A stretch of DNA of 54,406 bases. Origin: Nitrososphaeria archaeon. Lineage in GTDB: Archaea; Thermoproteota; Nitrososphaeria; JACIWG01. A program made the position numbers and the translations under genes. Shown in pieces: positions 51,385-54,406 of the stretch (position 1 is its first letter; every line of letters starts with the position of its first letter). The notes beneath the pieces are model-generated. The model was given only the letters and a program-made list of their open reading frames with translations. It ran no database searches and had not been told where the DNA came from. The stretch lies in contig CAVVXT010000001.1 of the NCBI GenBank assembly GCA_963752255.1, positions 1 through 54,406 on the forward strand, written 5' to 3'.

Positions 51385-53052
51385 TTAAATTTGGCTGTTT
51401 GCTAGGAACTTCTTAGCATTACGCAGAGCAATCCTATAAAATAAGAACGTTATCATAAAAGAAATAACCGCACTAAACGTAACGGCTATAGGAACATTAA
51501 TTTTGGGTAAAAACTCTATAAAGGGTAAAGCAAGCAAACGGGCAGCATAATAAAGTAAAGGTAAAAGCACAATCACTGATATAACTACACTTATAATCAA
51601 GCCGACTAGCGAAGTCACTGGATTAACCATCTTAGGTATGGGCGCTTCAGTGAACTGCGCGCCTTTTATTCCCGAACCGATTGAAACAGCAGCTATTGCA
51701 AAGATTAAAAGGAAAGATTCAATTATTGATACAACAATTAGGATTATAGAAGGATGCGTAACTAAGATTCCTACAATGTCACAAAGAATTGAAACTAGGC
51801 AGGAGATGGATACAACGAAGGTATACTTGGATTTTAGCAAGTTACTAGCACTAATAGGAGAAGAGTATATGAGCCAAATCGACAGGCCTTCTTCACCAAT
51901 TATAATAGTCCCGAGAGATGTAGACATAAGGGCACCTGGTAATAGGAGTATCCAAACAGAGAAGAAGGATGAAAATGATGATTGAATCTGACCAGCTGAC
52001 CCTAGTATTGGCGCCAGGATAATAATTAGAGGCAGTATGAAAATATACATTAACTCTCTCCTTCTTGTGAAAGCTCTGAGGTCTTTTCTTATCAAAGTGA
52101 CTTCTGATGTAGAGAAACCGAATCTTTCCAAAAACGATGTCCTTGGAACATAAACTCCCTTCGATACTGTTATTGCCGGAGGTTCGTATAAACCGAATTT
52201 TACGTTTAGTCTAACTGCCAGAAAAAAGAGGAGAAAGGTGAAAGCTACAGAAGCAATTAAGCATAGGAAGGTGTTCAGAATATTTCCATTGTTGAGGGAA
52301 GCAAGTGCCAATCCTGGCCAGGCGTACGGAACATACCAAATAGCACCTTGGGCACTAGCTACGGTTTGAATTAGCACTATCGCATTTGAGCCTGATGTAA
52401 TAATGAAATATAATACATAGAAAAAGATCAAAAAGAAGATAGAACCTACGAACCTCACCCAGACAGCAGCCTTACCCGATGACTTGTAGACTGCGCCTAT
52501 GAACCGGGTCTGCAGAACCCTGAAGATGTCTGTTGTTGTGCTTGCCAAGAAAGCAGCTACAAGTAATGCAAACGTTGCAAAAAGTGCAAGAGAAACCAAG
52601 TTAAGGAAGATGGATGATATCAACACAGCCAAACTGATCGCAATAATTGAGGCCAAGGGAAAACCTATCAGATGCGATATGACTGAAGCAAGGGTATGTT
52701 CTTCCCAAGTTATGGGTAACCAATATGGAACCTGGACAGATAACCTCATTCCTCCCTGCTGAATCTGGCTCATCATTGTAAATATCAAGCTATAAAGAAG
52801 TATCAATATCGGAAGTGAGAGAAAAACGTACAGAGCTCCCTGATAAATGAGGCTTTTGAATTCAAGATCAAGAAGGTTGCTGTAGAAGAACCCAACAGAT
52901 AGACCTACCAACAACCCTATCGTTACACCACCCCCATACAGTAGGTATTGAAGTGTCCTATTTTCTCTGTATCTTCTGAGTTGACTACTTCTAATTAACC
53001 TTCCAGACTTTATGTCCACATTAACGAGCCTGACCACGTTTCTCCAGTTCAC
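51385..53052 (-). CDS. Large ABC-2 type exporter permease
   Basis: 555 aa, many TM helices, IRKDLR and EG...WLIYSSP motifs; overlaps the ATPase stop. Confidence 0.8.
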   Translation of the reverse strand: MNWRNVVRLVNVDIKSGRLIRSSQLRRYRENRTLQYLLYGGGVTIGLLVGLSVGFFYSNLLDLEFKSLIYQGALYVFLSLPILILLYSLIFTMMSQIQQGGMRLSVQVPYWLPITWEEHTLASVISHLIGFPLASIIAISLAVLISSIFLNLVSLALFATFALLVAAFLASTTTDIFRVLQTRFIGAVYKSSGKAAVWVRFVGSIFFLIFFYVLYFIITSGSNAIVLIQTVASAQGAIWYVPYAWPGLALASLNNGNILNTFLCLIASVAFTFLLFFLAVRLNVKFGLYEPPAITVSKGVYVPRTSFLERFGFSTSEVTLIRKDLRAFTRRRELMYIFILPLIIILAPILGSAGQIQSSFSSFFSVWILLLPGALMSTSLGTIIIGEEGLSIWLIYSSPISASNLLKSKYTFVVSISCLVSILCDIVGILVTHPSIILIVVSIIESFLLIFAIAAVSIGSGIKGAQFTEAPIPKMVNPVTSLVGLIISVVISVIVLLPLLYYAARLLALPFIEFLPKINVPIAVTFSAVISFMITFLFYRIALRNAKKFLANSQI

Positions 53053-53828
53053 TGTAGGAGCGCCCCGACAACTTCCTTTATATCTTCTGTTCCTGTAAGT
53101 TTCAAAAAGATATCTTCAAGATCTGAACCAGGCATCCGAGCTTTCTCTCTAAGATCTTCCATATTTCCTAAAGCCTGCAGTCTCCCTTGAGACATTATAG
53201 CTATCCTATTAGCCATGGCCTGGGCGATTTCAAGAATATGAGTTGATACAACAGAAGTCACCCCCTGCTCTGTCAGCTCTTTCAGAAGGTCTTTGACAAT
53301 CCTAGCCGACTTTGGATCTAAACCGTTAAGGGGTTCATCCAAAATCAGCAGCTTCGGTTTATGAATTAAAGCTGAAATTAGAACGATCTTCTGTTTCATA
53401 CCCTGAGAGTAGCTATTTATTACGTCTCCTTCCCTCCCTTCTAGGCCAAGTGCTTCCATATACTTCTCTATTCTCGCCTTCTTGTCCGAAAGTGGGACCC
53501 CATAGATGTCCCCTACAAAGTCGAGGTACTCTAAGCCAGTCAAGAATTCGTAAATTCGAGGGGTTTCGGGAACATAACCTATGAGCCTCTTTACTCCCAC
53601 TGGATCTTCGACAACATTCTTTCCGAGCACTTTAACGACTCCTGAATCTGGTTTCACTAATCCCAAAATCATCTTCAGCGTAGTAGATTTTCCAGAACCA
53701 TTGGGTCCCAAGAGTCCAAGAATTTCCCCTTGCGGGACAGTAAGATCTAAGCTATCAACTGCTACTATGTCTGAGTAACGCTTGACTACTTCCTTAAGTT
53801 CCACTGCATATTCTGGGGAAAAACCCAT
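53049..53828 (-). CDS. ABC transporter ATP-binding protein
   Basis: GPNGSGKST, YSQGM, LILDEP, STH. Confidence 0.93.
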   Translation of the reverse strand: MGFSPEYAVELKEVVKRYSDIVAVDSLDLTVPQGEILGLLGPNGSGKSTTLKMILGLVKPDSGVVKVLGKNVVEDPVGVKRLIGYVPETPRIYEFLTGLEYLDFVGDIYGVPLSDKKARIEKYMEALGLEGREGDVINSYSQGMKQKIVLISALIHKPKLLILDEPLNGLDPKSARIVKDLLKELTEQGVTSVVSTHILEIAQAMANRIAIMSQGRLQALGNMEDLREKARMPGSDLEDIFLKLTGTEDIKEVVGALLQ

Positions 53829-53978
53829 ACACTAACGTCTCTAGATTTGCCCTAAAAGTGTATATGTCTTTTGATGAACTTCCAGTTAGAAGTCGTATTT
53901 GATTCTAGCACACAATATACTTTAGTCTTCTTTTTGATTGTTCAACCTTGGACCGTTCTAATGGAGGGTCTTATCCAC

Positions 53979-54097
53979 AAGGTAATTGTTGACCCTTGCA
54001 TTTCTGACAAAAATCTTTGTCCTAAGTTGATGATGTTCAAGAAGCAGACGTTGTACTAGTAACTCATAGTGCTCCCGACAATATGAGGGATGAATAG
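53979..54097 (+). pseudogene. Remnant of a metallo-beta-lactamase-fold hydrolase
   Basis: KVIVDPCI then, shifted, EADVVLVTHSAPDNM*: a decayed form of IDP...AD.ILVTHxHxDH. Confidence 0.45.
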
Positions 54098-54352
54098 CTT
54101 TTAACCTACACTCGAATCCCTTAAGAAAATAGTCCCTTAGATTGATCCATCATGAAACTTATTCTTTGACTTGTTAAGGCTGTTTACCTAACCAAACTCC
54201 CTTTTCCCAGAGCAAAGTCCACACATTATGTTCTTCGATCGTCTTCTCTGATTCTATTATCTCTTTTAGAGACTGGAAGATTATGTTATGTCCTTTCTCG
54301 TCTTCAACGACCATATTTAATTCAATAACTTCAGAACACTGCTCTCAGTAAC

Positions 54353-54406
54353 TTAGATTCCAAGAAGTAGGATGATCATGAATTCTACAAACAATGCTAT
54401 AGCACT
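54353..54406 (-). CDS. 3' end of a probable membrane-protein gene (partial)
   Basis: Open frame from the window edge: SAIALFVEFMIILLLGI*. Confidence 0.4.
   Translation of the reverse strand, partial: SAIALFVEFMIILLLGI

Noticed and set aside
1-54406. CRISPR array, rRNA, complete tRNA or IS transposase
   Set aside because: No regularly spaced repeats, no long GC-rich structural RNA and no transposase motifs found by eye.

Overview
Archaeal genomic DNA. An unsplit RpoA (A'+A'' fused), unsplit RpoB and an rps12-rps7-tuf-rps10 cluster with no EF-2 point to a TACK archaeon (deep-branching Nitrososphaeria or a Bathy/Kor/Brockarchaeota-like lineage; inference). Positions 1-8863 are the right end of an integrase-bearing defence island: an RHH/wHTH-like gene, a frameshifted ~770-aa GHKL ATPase, a small membrane protein, a PD-(D/E)XK nuclease fusion, a 5'-truncated GmrSD, a solo HEPN protein and a tyrosine integrase, ending at an orphan tRNA 3' half. 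About 8.9-14.5 kb is accessory (DrrAB-type ABC exporter, aldo-keto reductase, small proteins, tRNA-like relics). The rest is mostly core and catabolic genes: thermosome, geranylgeranyl reductase, class II HMG-CoA reductase, an ACD-alpha/GNAT/ACD-beta/Acs cluster resembling a split Pat acetylation system, a WOR5-like tungstoenzyme pair, the RNA polymerase/ribosomal cluster, class II RNR, an S2P protease, a CDF transporter, UDG, a P-type ATPase with a rewired transport site (PINI instead of PEGL) and an ABC exporter. Scattered single-base frameshifts look like long-read errors. All family assignments come from motif recognition by eye, not from database searches.
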